NCBI GenBank assembly: GCA_944371435.1
Contig: CALVXQ010000002.1
Span: 1-36,548 of the forward strand
DNA: 36,548 nt
Direction: 5' to 3'
DNA from: an uncultured Bacilli bacterium
GTDB taxonomy: Bacteria; Bacillota_I; Bacilli_A; RF39; UBA660
A program made the position numbers and the translations under genes. Below are positions 18,687 to 27,409 of the stretch, one piece after another (positions within the stretch are counted from its first letter, which is position 1; each line of letters opens with the position of its first letter). A model generated the notes under the pieces. That model was not told the DNA's origin. It worked only from the letters and a program-made list of their open reading frames with translations, and searched no databases.

Positions 18687-19253
18687 TTACTTAATTCCAT
18701 TTTCATTTAAGAATTCTTCGAATTTACTTTCAGAATATGCTCCGATAGAACAATCAACTGCTTTACCATCTTTGATAATAATTACCATTGGGGTATAACC
18801 AAAGAATTCTCCAATATTAGCAGTTACTTCTTCACCATTAATATTTTCTGTTACTTCTACTTCTAATAATTCTTGGAAATCTTTATAATCATTACTACTA
18901 GTACTTACAGTAGTTATATCTAAATAATTAGTTACATAATCATACTTTTCTTGTAATGATTTTAAAGTTGGTAAGAATGAAACACAAGCACCGCATGTAG
19001 AACGACCTATATATAAAACACTAGTACCATCTTCATCAAATAAATCTAAAACTTGACTTAAACTAAGAGTATTAAAATCAGATACATCGTAATTACTGTT
19101 AGTTGTAGATTGAGCTTGATCATTAGATACTGTACTCGAAGTATCGGTAGTTCCAAATACATTTATTAGTGTAAACAATAAATTAAAAGCAGTTATAATA
19201 ACAACTATTATAAGTAAAGTATAAATCTTTTTAATATATTCTTCTTTTTCCAT
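18687..19253 (-). CDS. Membrane-anchored thioredoxin-family protein (CGAC active site)
   Basis: VLYIGRSTCGACVSFLPTLKSL...PMVIIIKDGK. The ATG at 19253 lies behind AAAGGGAG. The track start is a TTG 54 nt upstream. Confidence 0.75.
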   Translation of the reverse strand: MEKEEYIKKIYTLLIIVVIITAFNLLFTLINVFGTTDTSSTVSNDQAQSTTNSNYDVSDFNTLSLSQVLDLFDEDGTSVLYIGRSTCGACVSFLPTLKSLQEKYDYVTNYLDITTVSTSSNDYKDFQELLEVEVTENINGEEVTANIGEFFGYTPMVIIIKDGKAVDCSIGAYSESKFEEFLNENGIK

Positions 19254-19322
19254 AAATAACTCCCTTTCTTCGAAATGTATTATACTATTAAATTTAAAAT
19301 TTAGCAAATAATTAATAAATAA

Positions 19323-20009
19323 TTAATAAATAACACAATCTTCTAATAATATTTCTTTATCCTCTTTTTTACCAACCCGGCCACTTACTTCGACGGAATC
19401 ATTAATATTTACATTATTAATAGTAGCATTAGTATAAACTTTTAAAATTAAATTATTATTAAATATTACTTGCTCATCTTTAATAATGTAAGACTTCAAT
19501 AAAAAGTAATCATCTGTTACATCTACGACTATTCCCTTAACTTTTATAAAAGTATCTACATATTTATCATAATTAGTTATTAGTTCTACAGCATAAGTAT
19601 TTATATTAGTACTATCTAAATTAGCAACATTACAAAAATAACCCATCTTTTCTAAATTATCGATAATATAACTATTTTCTTTTAAATCACATTGCCAAAC
19701 ACGGTAAAAAATACTATTAAAAACACGAACATTATTATCCTCTATTATGCTATAAACTAATAGGGGTTCTTTATTAAAGTATTTAATAGCTATATAATCA
19801 AAAACTTGAGCTAAAAATAATAATATAAAAGTAAATATTATAATAGCTAATTTTTTATGCGTTCTTTCGATAACATTAAATACTATAAATAAAATAATAC
19901 TTAGAGATAGCAATATTATTCTTAACAACTGATTATCAAGATAAAATACTGCTATTAAAAAAAAGATACCCAATACTAATGCTAATAATCTAATAACACC
20001 TTTATTCAT
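19323..20009 (-). CDS. Hypothetical membrane protein
   Basis: 228 aa with three N-terminal TM helices and a beta-rich C-terminal domain. Confidence 0.55.
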   Translation of the reverse strand: MNKGVIRLLALVLGIFFLIAVFYLDNQLLRIILLSLSIILFIVFNVIERTHKKLAIIIFTFILLFLAQVFDYIAIKYFNKEPLLVYSIIEDNNVRVFNSIFYRVWQCDLKENSYIIDNLEKMGYFCNVANLDSTNINTYAVELITNYDKYVDTFIKVKGIVVDVTDDYFLLKSYIIKDEQVIFNNNLILKVYTNATINNVNINDSVEVSGRVGKKEDKEILLEDCVIY

Positions 20010-20020
20010 TAACTACTCCC

Positions 20021-20043
20021 TAAAATAAAGAAAAAAAGAACCT
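20021..20043 (-). terminator. Terminator of hup
   Basis: On the minus strand: aaagaac-tttag-gttcttt followed by a T-run. Confidence 0.65.
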
Positions 20044-20060
20044 AAAGTTCTTTCATGAAA

Positions 20061-20333
20061 CTAATTTAAAGCTTCTTTTAATTTTGAACCAGCTTTAAAA
20101 GTAGCAACTTTCTTAGCAGGAATGCTAATTTGTTCTTTTGTTAAAGGATTAATACCTTCTCTAGCAGCTCTAGTCTTAGCTTGGAATGTACCAAAACCAA
20201 CTAAAGAAACCTTTCCTTCTTTTTTTAGACCTTCAGTAATACCTTCGATCATTGCTTCAACTGCTCTAGCAGCATCTGCTTTAGTTAAACCAGCTTTAGC
20301 AGCAATTACTTCTACTAATTCAGTTTTTCCCAT
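20061..20333 (-). CDS. hup: HU-family DNA-binding protein
   Basis: 90 aa: MGKTELVEVIAAKAGLTKADAARAVEAMIEGI...GFGTFQAKTRAAREGINPLTKEQISIPAKKVATFKAG. AGGAGG RBS. Confidence 0.95.
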   Translation of the reverse strand: MGKTELVEVIAAKAGLTKADAARAVEAMIEGITEGLKKEGKVSLVGFGTFQAKTRAAREGINPLTKEQISIPAKKVATFKAGSKLKEALN

Positions 20334-20508
20334 AATTTTTTCCTCCTAAATTTTCTATATATATATATAAGGACTACACACGTGATGTACCTTACAAGAA
20401 AAATTTAGCACATATATCTAGTAAAAATCAATAAAAACCTGCATTTTTTAACTATTTAAGGCCTATTTTGTAAAATTTTGATGTCCAATTTACATAGTAT
20501 TTACATAT

Positions 20509-21984
20509 TTAGAGAACAATAGCAATTAAATTACTACTACCTTTATTAACTATTTTAGTTACTGTTTGACTTAATTTATAACGTGTATTTTCTGGCATGA
20601 TAGATAATTTAGCTTGAATACCTTCTTGAACAATTGTATCTAAGCTACGGCCAAATATCTCACTCTTCCAAATACTAGCCGGATCACTTTCATAATCTTT
20701 CATAATATAATTAATTAACTCTTTACTCTGTATTTCACTACCGATAATTGGTTCAAAAGTAGATACAACATCAACTTTCATCAAATGAATTGAAGAGGCA
20801 ACAGCACGTAACTTAACCCCATACCTGCTTCCCTGTTTTATTATCTCAGGAGTATCTAATTTCATATCTTTTAAAGTTGGATATACAATTCCATAACCGG
20901 TTGATTTAGCTTGTTTTAAAGCTTCTTTTATGCCATTAAACTCTTCTTTTCCCTCCTTATAAGAAGAAAATACTTTTAACATTGCAGCTTTAGAATTTAT
21001 TGATTCACCAATCATTTCCTGTAAAATTTGATTATATAATTCATCACTACTATCTAAACTAACCATTACTGTTCCACTACCAGTATCTAAATCACTAATA
21101 AATGCTTTATTAATATATTTAGAATCTTTAAAATAATTTAATAAATTATCAACATCTTTAACTTTACTAATTTCGGTTACACAATTTCTGATTAAATCTA
21201 AATAATGCTTTTTAACTTCATTCTTATTATCTAAAATAGCTACCCATTCTGGAATATTAAATTTAATATCTAAAACAGGATATTCATATAAAGCAGCTTT
21301 TAATACTTCATAAATATCTTCAGAACGCATATCTAAAATAGAAAGAGGTAAAACAGTAACATTATAAGTATTACTTAAATCTTGCGCAAGGGTTTTTGTC
21401 GCTTCACTATTAGGATTCTTAGTATTTAATACTATTATAAAAGGTTTACCTATATCTTTTAATTCATTAACAACTTTTGCTTCAGCTTCTACATAATCAT
21501 CACGATTTAATTCACCAATCGAACCATCAGTAGTAACAACAATACCAATCGTTGAATGATCCCTAATTACTTTGCTAGTTCCAACTTCTGCTGCTTCCGT
21601 AAATGGTATTGCTTCGGGAAACCAAGGAGTCATAACCATACGTGGATTACCCTCTGAATCAACATAGCCATTGCAATTAGGAATTACATATCCTACACAA
21701 TCAATCAACTTTATATTAGCCGTAAATTCATCAACTTTAATCTTGGCACCACTACTAGGAACAAATTTTGGTTCAGTAGTCATTATAGTCTTGCCTTGAG
21801 CTGTTTGGGGGATTTCATCTAAATATCTTTTCTTTTCAATTTCATCATCAATATTAGGAACTACTAAATTTTCAATAAACTTCTTAATAAAGGTTGACTT
21901 ACCAGTTCTTACTGCTCCTACTACCCCTAAATAAATATCACCATTACCACGTTGGGCTAGAGGAATTATTACTTTTTCATTCAT
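20509..21984 (-). CDS. spoIVA: Stage IV sporulation protein A
   Basis: From the ATG at 21984: MNEKVIIPLAQRGNGDIYLGVVGAVRTGKSTFIKKF. This is colinear with the B. subtilis SpoIVA N-terminus and its Walker A. Confidence 0.95.
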   Translation of the reverse strand: MNEKVIIPLAQRGNGDIYLGVVGAVRTGKSTFIKKFIENLVVPNIDDEIEKKRYLDEIPQTAQGKTIMTTEPKFVPSSGAKIKVDEFTANIKLIDCVGYVIPNCNGYVDSEGNPRMVMTPWFPEAIPFTEAAEVGTSKVIRDHSTIGIVVTTDGSIGELNRDDYVEAEAKVVNELKDIGKPFIIVLNTKNPNSEATKTLAQDLSNTYNVTVLPLSILDMRSEDIYEVLKAALYEYPVLDIKFNIPEWVAILDNKNEVKKHYLDLIRNCVTEISKVKDVDNLLNYFKDSKYINKAFISDLDTGSGTVMVSLDSSDELYNQILQEMIGESINSKAAMLKVFSSYKEGKEEFNGIKEALKQAKSTGYGIVYPTLKDMKLDTPEIIKQGSRYGVKLRAVASSIHLMKVDVVSTFEPIIGSEIQSKELINYIMKDYESDPASIWKSEIFGRSLDTIVQEGIQAKLSIMPENTRYKLSQTVTKIVNKGSSNLIAIVL

Positions 21985-22141
21985 ATTATCACACTCTCTT
22001 ACTATCAATATTTATGATTAAAAATTAAAGATTATACCAATAAAAAAAGAGTTATTTAAACTCCCATTATTAAATTAATAAACTAGATAATAAATATAAT
22101 ATAAATGCTATAGCAAAAAGAATAAAACAATAAATAAAAAG

Positions 22142-22730
22142 TTATGCAAATAACTTTCCCTCCTTTAATTCAAGAACAACATCAGCATATTTTTTAATCT
22201 CATCGCTACGACTAACTGCAATAACTAATTTACCATCTAAAGATAATCTTTTTAATTCCCCCAAAATTATATCTTCATTCTTTTTATCTAGATTACCCGT
22301 TGGTTCATCGACTAATATTATATTTTGATTATTAACTAAAGCTCTGACAAGTGCAGTCCTTTGTTGCTCATCATCACTCAATTGTTTAGGAATGTTTTCA
22401 TTAATAAGCATTGGTAATATGACATTTTCATTACCATTAAATGTTCATCTAAATAAAAGTTTTGAAATATAAATCCTATTTTTTTATTTCTTAACATAGA
22501 TAACTTATAATCATCTAATTTAAAAATATCTTCTCCATTTAGATAATATTTACCAAATATAATCCTAAAATACTAATTAAAGTGCTTTTACCACTACCCG
22601 ATTGTCCTATAATAGGATAAAACTTTCCTGCTTCAAATTGATAACTTATTTGGTTTAAGGCTGTACCTTTTGTTGTTTTTAAATTAAATACTTTACTAAT
22701 ATTTTCTAATCTTAAATATTTATTTTCCAC
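22142..22730 (-). pseudogene. ABC transporter ATP-binding protein (MacB/LolD-type), frameshifted
   Basis: Walker A GQSGSGKSTLISILG is in one frame. NIYLNGEDIFKLDDYKLSMLRNKKIGFIFQNFYLDEHL is in a second frame. NGNENVILPMLINEN...LSDDEQQRTALVRALVNNQNIILVDEPTGNLD is in a third. No partner permease. Confidence 0.8.
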
Positions 22731-22777
22731 TCTAAAAATACCTCTTACCTAATTATACTAAAGTTTTAATGCGAATT

Positions 22778-22809
22778 AAAAAAATTAGGATAACTTACCT
22801 AAATCCTAA
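22778..22809 (-). terminator. Terminator of the 94-aa paralogue gene
   Basis: ttaggat (22785-22791) / atcctaa (22803-22809) stem with an 11-nt loop. A/T runs on both sides, and it overlaps the stop codon. Confidence 0.55.
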
Positions 22810-23090
22810 TTTTTTCTGTTTAAACTTCTTGAATATCCTTGATTCAAATAAGTCCTATAAGAGTTCCCATATTGATTATCATATAATGGCAATATATCAT
22901 TGCATTTTTCAAATAATGCTATATCACTATATCTAATAGGTAAAATAGTCCCATCTTCTACACTTTTATAAATATTATAATCAATATTAGGGTTATCTTC
23001 AGAAACTAAAACACTATCATATAAGTTAGGATTGCTAATGCTATAAGCAATAACATAACTACCTAAATAATAATATTTTTTTCTTTTCAT
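22806..23090 (-). CDS. Small hypothetical protein, paralogue of 29603-29887
   Basis: 94 aa. KYYYLGSYVIAYSISNPNL and NPNIDYNIY match KYLYVGSYIVAYDLENPNL and YPNIDFNIY of the paralogue. GGAGG RBS. Confidence 0.65.
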   Translation of the reverse strand: MKRKKYYYLGSYVIAYSISNPNLYDSVLVSEDNPNIDYNIYKSVEDGTILPIRYSDIALFEKCNDILPLYDNQYGNSYRTYLNQGYSRSLNRKN

Positions 23091-23128
23091 AAATAGCCTC
23101 CATTTCTAATTGTCTATTATAACTTAAA

Positions 23129-23367
23129 TTACTTTATTTTTAAACATTTTATTACAACTTTATCTTTTATACTATCCATGTAGTTGGCATAAAAATCTCC
23201 TAAAAAACATTCCATAACTAAATATATTACTCCAAGTATTTCTTGTGGATTTTCCTTAGCACCTACCTTAACATCAGCCGTAAATATTTTAGTATAAAAA
23301 TCTTTTTATCTAAGTCTATATTTATTTTCTTCGTATCAAATATATTATAAAAATAATTTATGTTTCA
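23129..23367 (-). pseudogene. Small frameshifted gene relic
   Basis: MKHKLFL* / YNIFDTKKINIDLDKK.. / DFYTKIFTADVKVGAKENPQEILGVIYLVMECFLGDFYANYMDSIKDKVVIKCLKIK* lie in three frames. The frame breaks sit at A/T homopolymers. Confidence 0.3.
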
Positions 23368-23395
23368 TAAAAAAAGAACTATAAAAGTTCACTAA

Positions 23396-23770
23396 TTATT
23401 TTATTTCTTCATACTCTATACTTTCACAAACAATATATATTAAAGGGTCTTTTTCATCACTTGCAAAACAAATAAAATCTTTATTATCTAACTTAATATA
23501 TTTTATATATGCCTTATATATCTCATCCCACATAAACATTTCCTTATTATTACAACGTTCAACATTATGTAGAACCATTCGCATTTTTATTTTATTAGTT
23601 TGATAACTGTTATCTTCTTTTAATGTGGGTTCTCCAGACCAAAAAACATCAATTAAAAGCTCTATTTCTGATTTAGAAATATCATAATTAACATTTGTAA
23701 TACGACTATCATGAAACTCATGATAATAATCAATAAATTCATTCAAATTATCTTTAGTTATTTTTTTCAT
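23396..23770 (-). CDS. Small cytoplasmic hypothetical protein (immunity-protein-like; tentative)
   Basis: 124 aa with no signal peptide. Lies 19 nt downstream of the kinase-like gene. YYHEFHDSRITNVNYDISKSEIELLIDV recalls polymorphic-toxin immunity families, but I recognise no specific family. Confidence 0.5.
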   Translation of the reverse strand: MKKITKDNLNEFIDYYHEFHDSRITNVNYDISKSEIELLIDVFWSGEPTLKEDNSYQTNKIKMRMVLHNVERCNNKEMFMWDEIYKAYIKYIKLDNKDFICFASDEKDPLIYIVCESIEYEEIK

Positions 23771-23789
23771 ATATTACCTATTTATCGTT

Positions 23790-24485
23790 TTAACGCATTT
23801 TCTTTCTTACTAAATTATATATCTCATCATGGATATCATCTATACTTCGCATTTTATCACCATCGTTACATTGGACTTTATCCCAAGAAAGGTAATCTGC
23901 TATAAACATAGCGCTAGCATATACTTTTTTCATAAAATCTAAATCACTTTCATGAATATCATTAGTTATCCCATCATTTTGTTTTCTAGCATTTCTTATT
24001 TTAGTAACTAAATCGAATGGTGCATATAAGAATATAACACAATCTGGCTTTTTAATTCCAATTTTACTATATTCAAAATCAATAACATAGTCTATAAATT
24101 TTTTCTTTTCACTGATATCTTCAATTAATGCTGATTGATAGATTAGACTAGAAGTTGTATATCTATCTAATAAAATAATTTTTCCTTGTTCATATAATTG
24201 TTTTAAATACGTATACCAAGTAACACCTCTATCAATAGCATACAAACTATTTATAAAATATGGAGATAATTCATTAAGTTGACCAAGTTCTCCTTTTAAA
24301 TACTTTTCAACTAATGCTCCTTGATATTCCCCATAAGAGGGAAAATGATGACTTGCTATCTGTTTCCCCTCACTCTTAAACCTATCGCATAACATTTTAT
24401 ATTGGGTAGTTTTACCAATACCATCACAAGCACCTTCCACAACAATTAACTTTCCTTTTTGGATAAATTGCTTACTTTGTTCCAT
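23790..24485 (-). CDS. Thymidylate kinase family protein (type-I-like dTMP kinase paralogue)
   Basis: 231 aa with P-loop VVEGACDGIGKTTQ, HFPSYGEY, and the DRY motif LLDRYTTSSLIYQ. AGGAGG RBS. Not in the usual tmk-holB context. Confidence 0.75.
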   Translation of the reverse strand: MEQSKQFIQKGKLIVVEGACDGIGKTTQYKMLCDRFKSEGKQIASHHFPSYGEYQGALVEKYLKGELGQLNELSPYFINSLYAIDRGVTWYTYLKQLYEQGKIILLDRYTTSSLIYQSALIEDISEKKKFIDYVIDFEYSKIGIKKPDCVIFLYAPFDLVTKIRNARKQNDGITNDIHESDLDFMKKVYASAMFIADYLSWDKVQCNDGDKMRSIDDIHDEIYNLVRKKMR

Positions 24486-24589
24486 GTTTACCTCCTAGTT
24501 GATATTTTTTAACTTTTTTATCACACTTCAATTATAGCATAGGTTTAGTACAAAAAAATAATAATCTCTAGTTCACAAATTGTAAATTA

Positions 24590-25363
24590 TTATCGTACTC
24601 TAGAATATCCCTGCTCTAATTTTTTAACAAAATTTTCTGGAATTTTTTGTTTTGCTTGTTCAATTATTGTGTTATTAATACCAAATAAAGCTTCTGCCAT
24701 TGAACCAACAATACATGCATTAGTATCAGTATCTCCACCAAATGTAATTGTTTTGATAACAGCTTCTTCATAACTATTAGATGTAAAAAGTGCATATAAA
24801 CAGTTATCGATTGTTTTGCAGCAAGTACTATTAAATTCTTCAAATGGAGAATATATATAATTCAATTTTAAGGTTTCAATTATCTTTTCTTTTTGATAGC
24901 CTTTTCTTGCTAAATAAATTATTTGAGCAATTATTGTTGCACATTTAATGGCTTCTTCGGAATTATGAGATGGGATTGTTGCTAGCCTGGCATTTTTAAT
25001 TACCTCATTTTTTGAATCAAATAAATAACCAACAGGAGAAATTCTCATCATGGCGCCATTGCCGTTACTATTACCAATCTCATTACTATTTACCCATTTT
25101 ACGAATCTTGGAGAAAAGGCACTTTTAAAATATGGCCTGAAATCAGGTTTATATTCTTTGTATTCATTAGCATATTTTTTCAAATAGTATTCATAATTTC
25201 CATTATTTAAAATTGCATCTAAAATTGCAACTGTTAAAATCGTATCATCGCTAAAAAAACTATCTTTTAAAATAAGAGTATCCAATGCTATATGAGAAAC
25301 TTTTTTCACTTGCCCGAATTCGTATAAAGAACCTGCTAAATCTCCTATAATTGCACCCCACAT
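24590..25363 (-). CDS. ADP-ribosylglycohydrolase family protein (DraG/ARH-like)
   Basis: 257 aa with N-terminal GAIIGDLAGSLYEFG and C-terminal GGDTDTNACIVGSMAEALFG metal-binding motifs. AGGAGG RBS. Confidence 0.85.
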   Translation of the reverse strand: MWGAIIGDLAGSLYEFGQVKKVSHIALDTLILKDSFFSDDTILTVAILDAILNNGNYEYYLKKYANEYKEYKPDFRPYFKSAFSPRFVKWVNSNEIGNSNGNGAMMRISPVGYLFDSKNEVIKNARLATIPSHNSEEAIKCATIIAQIIYLARKGYQKEKIIETLKLNYIYSPFEEFNSTCCKTIDNCLYALFTSNSYEEAVIKTITFGGDTDTNACIVGSMAEALFGINNTIIEQAKQKIPENFVKKLEQGYSRVR

Positions 25364-25483
25364 AAGCTAATCCTCCTTTTTTAAAATTACCTATATCAAT
25401 TTGTAATTATGTTTTAAATAAATTTATTATTATAAACGTATTAATATAAATAAAAGTATAATAAAAACCAAACTTTCAAAAAT

Positions 25484-25538
25484 AAAAGTTCGAGTAACAA
25501 GCAATCTGGTACCGTTGAGGAAGTTATCTACAACTTTT
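25484..25538 (-). repeat. tRNA-3'-flank-like repeat unit, copy C
   Basis: aaaagttcg...tggtaccgttgaggaagttatctacaactttt. The right 32 nt are 29/32 identical to 30077-30108. Confidence 0.6.
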
Positions 25539-25583
25539 ACCAAAGGTAATTGATGTCTGAATCAATCACTATAATTAGTATAG
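25521..25583. other. Four contiguous perfect hairpins (possible structured RNA)
   Basis: aagtt-atctac-aactt (25521-36), tacc-aaa-ggta (25538-48), attgat-gtctga-atcaat (25549-66), ctata-attag-tatag (25569-83). Confidence 0.4.
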
Positions 25584-25767
25584 CATATTTTAATTTGTTT
25601 CTATTATTATTTTTATATAACTACATTAATTTAAAATAAACAAGCAAGTATTTAATTTGAGTTTCGGTTTTTTACGATAAATTTATTGAAATTTTTAAAT
25701 CATTAAAAAAATCAGGAAAATTTGTATTCAAATCCTATCTAAATTTAATATTATTGCATGCTAACGC

Positions 25768-25793
25768 AGAACATCCTAAAATGTTCTTTTTTT
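25768..25793 (+). terminator. Plus-strand rho-independent terminator with no annotated upstream gene
   Basis: agaacat-cctaaa-atgttct followed by T7. The left flank is not A-rich, so it is unidirectional. Confidence 0.55.
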
Positions 25794-25936
25794 CTACTAT
25801 TTAATGAAATAATTTCTATAATTTTAACTCTAATTGTTTATATTTTTTTCTTACTTCTATATCTTGCCACTGCCTAATTCCACTTCTTGCATTCTTTAAT
25901 ATTTCTACACCCCAGTATAACTGGGGGTTTCGTTGC

Positions 25937-25962
25937 ACAAAAAAAGTGCATTTTGTGCACTT
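25937..25962 (-). terminator. Terminator of the ABC-2 operon
   Basis: On the minus strand: aagtgca-caaaa-tgcactt followed by a T-run, starting 6 nt after the stop at 25968. Confidence 0.7.
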
Positions 25963-25967
25963 AATTT

Positions 25968-26654
25968 TTATTTTACTTTTTTTATCCGATAATAGATATT
26001 ATCGATAAATCGAAAATAATTATTTTTAGTTAATCTTTTTAGTTTAAAATAGATAAAATTAAAGATAGTAATGACAAGAATAATGATTATTCCGTTAAAA
26101 GTAGTTAAATGATGGAAGATATGAATAGTAAGAGGTATTTCGATAATCCATAAAACTATATTTATATATTGATTAAAATTTAAATTAAATAAAAGGAATG
26201 AATTTACAATAAATGATATTAAAATAACAGATAATAAGTAATCATATGGTAAAATAAAGTAATCATAAAATAATTCTCTAGTAATCATAAAAAGACTACA
26301 TCTAACAACGGCAATAAATAAATAAGATAAGAGACTCTTAAAAAATAGCCATTTTTTAGGATTTGTACGTAATATGATATTTTCAAATGAATATCTAAAA
26401 TCATAATGTAAAAACAAATATACAATATAAATAAGTAGTGCAGATTGATAAACAACTACGATTATTTGCATACTATTATAAGAATCTAAAGGATAACCAG
26501 TAAAGGGGACTATATCTAGAAGAGTTGTTGGAAATTCCGGTGTATAAGTTATGGTTAAATAAATAAAATAAAAACAAGCAATAATAAAGAAGATAAGTAA
26601 CCATATTAAATTTTTTAATAAAATACGAAATAATATTTTTAACTGCAAAATCAT
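25968..26654 (-). CDS. ABC-2-type permease-like membrane protein (third membrane subunit)
   Basis: 228 aa with about 6 TM helices. ATGA overlap with the upstream gene. Confidence 0.6.
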   Translation of the reverse strand: MILQLKILFRILLKNLIWLLIFFIIACFYFIYLTITYTPEFPTTLLDIVPFTGYPLDSYNSMQIIVVVYQSALLIYIVYLFLHYDFRYSFENIILRTNPKKWLFFKSLLSYLFIAVVRCSLFMITRELFYDYFILPYDYLLSVILISFIVNSFLLFNLNFNQYINIVLWIIEIPLTIHIFHHLTTFNGIIIILVITIFNFIYFKLKRLTKNNYFRFIDNIYYRIKKVK

Positions 26655-27409
26655 AATAAATCCCTCTTTTTCTTACTTATCCATAAAAATAATAACTTAG
26701 CCACTACTACTAAAAGTATAATTTCTATAATAGATACAATTACTTCTAATAAAAATGATTGATAAGAAATAGATAGATAATAATACTGAGGTATAATAGG
26801 CATTTGGTAGAAATGATGAATTACTTTAATCGTTGGTAAGAACATAAAAAGAACACTATTGCCTAAGATAATGATTATAGAAACTAAGCGATTAGTTAAA
26901 AGATAACAGAAATATAAAATCGTAATCAAACAACAAGAAATAATAAGTGCTCGTATGATAAAGAAGAAAATATAGTAAATAAGGGGAAATGAATAAAATG
27001 GATGCATAATCATACTATAATCTCCTAAACAGAAAATAAAAGCACCACCAATACTAACAATTAAAGCAATAAATAATAAATAAATAGTAAAAATAATCAT
27101 ATCTTCTAAAAAATATTTTACCACTTCTAAATAACTAGCATAGCGGTTTATTAATTGATAATTTTTAAATGCATCACCAATATAATAAATAAAATTTAAA
27201 CTAATGGCTAAATAAAGAAAAGCATTAAAAGTAGGACTACTTAAAATATGATATAATCGATACCAAAAATTAAAATAATTAGATCCTGATATAGAAGGAA
27301 ATATAGTTCCTGCAAGAATAAGAAGAAAATATAGCATCGATTTTCGTTGATTAAATTGTTGATTAATCTTAAGAATATATTTATTTTTCTTCATGTAATT
27401 TTCCATCAT
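26651..27409 (-). CDS. ABC-2-type permease-like membrane protein
   Basis: 252 aa with about 6 TM helices. The start overlaps the ATPase stop. An alternative ATG at 27394 would give a 14-nt overlap. Confidence 0.6.
   Translation of the reverse strand: MMENYMKKNKYILKINQQFNQRKSMLYFLLILAGTIFPSISGSNYFNFWYRLYHILSSPTFNAFLYLAISLNFIYYIGDAFKNYQLINRYASYLEVVKYFLEDMIIFTIYLLFIALIVSIGGAFIFCLGDYSMIMHPFYSFPLIYYIFFFIIRALIISCCLITILYFCYLLTNRLVSIIIILGNSVLFMFLPTIKVIHHFYQMPIIPQYYYLSISYQSFLLEVIVSIIEIILLVVVAKLLFLWISKKKRDLL

Noticed and set aside
20356-20369. (TA)7 microsatellite in the hup promoter/5' region as a phase-variation switch.
   Set aside because: It is short, sits in AT-rich DNA where such runs are common, and lies upstream of an essential nucleoid protein gene. 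There is no evidence of length variation from a single sequence.
25507-25589. tRNA-like gene on the minus strand: three or four hairpins ending in ..CGGTACCA, with a TCA-containing loop suggestive of a suppressor or Sec tRNA with a long variable arm.
   Set aside because: There is no 5' acceptor strand to pair with the 3' end. The anticodon-like loop has 6 or 8 nt, not 7. The D-like arm lacks GG and the T-like loop lacks TTC. At best it is a decayed tRNA-derived element, and it is reported as a structured element instead.
25758-25880. 40-codon hydrophobic plus-strand ORF (MLTQNILKCSFFLLFNEIISIILTLIVYIFFLLLYLATA*).
   Set aside because: It has no RBS and reads straight through the strong plus-strand terminator hairpin at 25768-25793. 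The hydrophobic composition is what a T-rich strand yields by chance.
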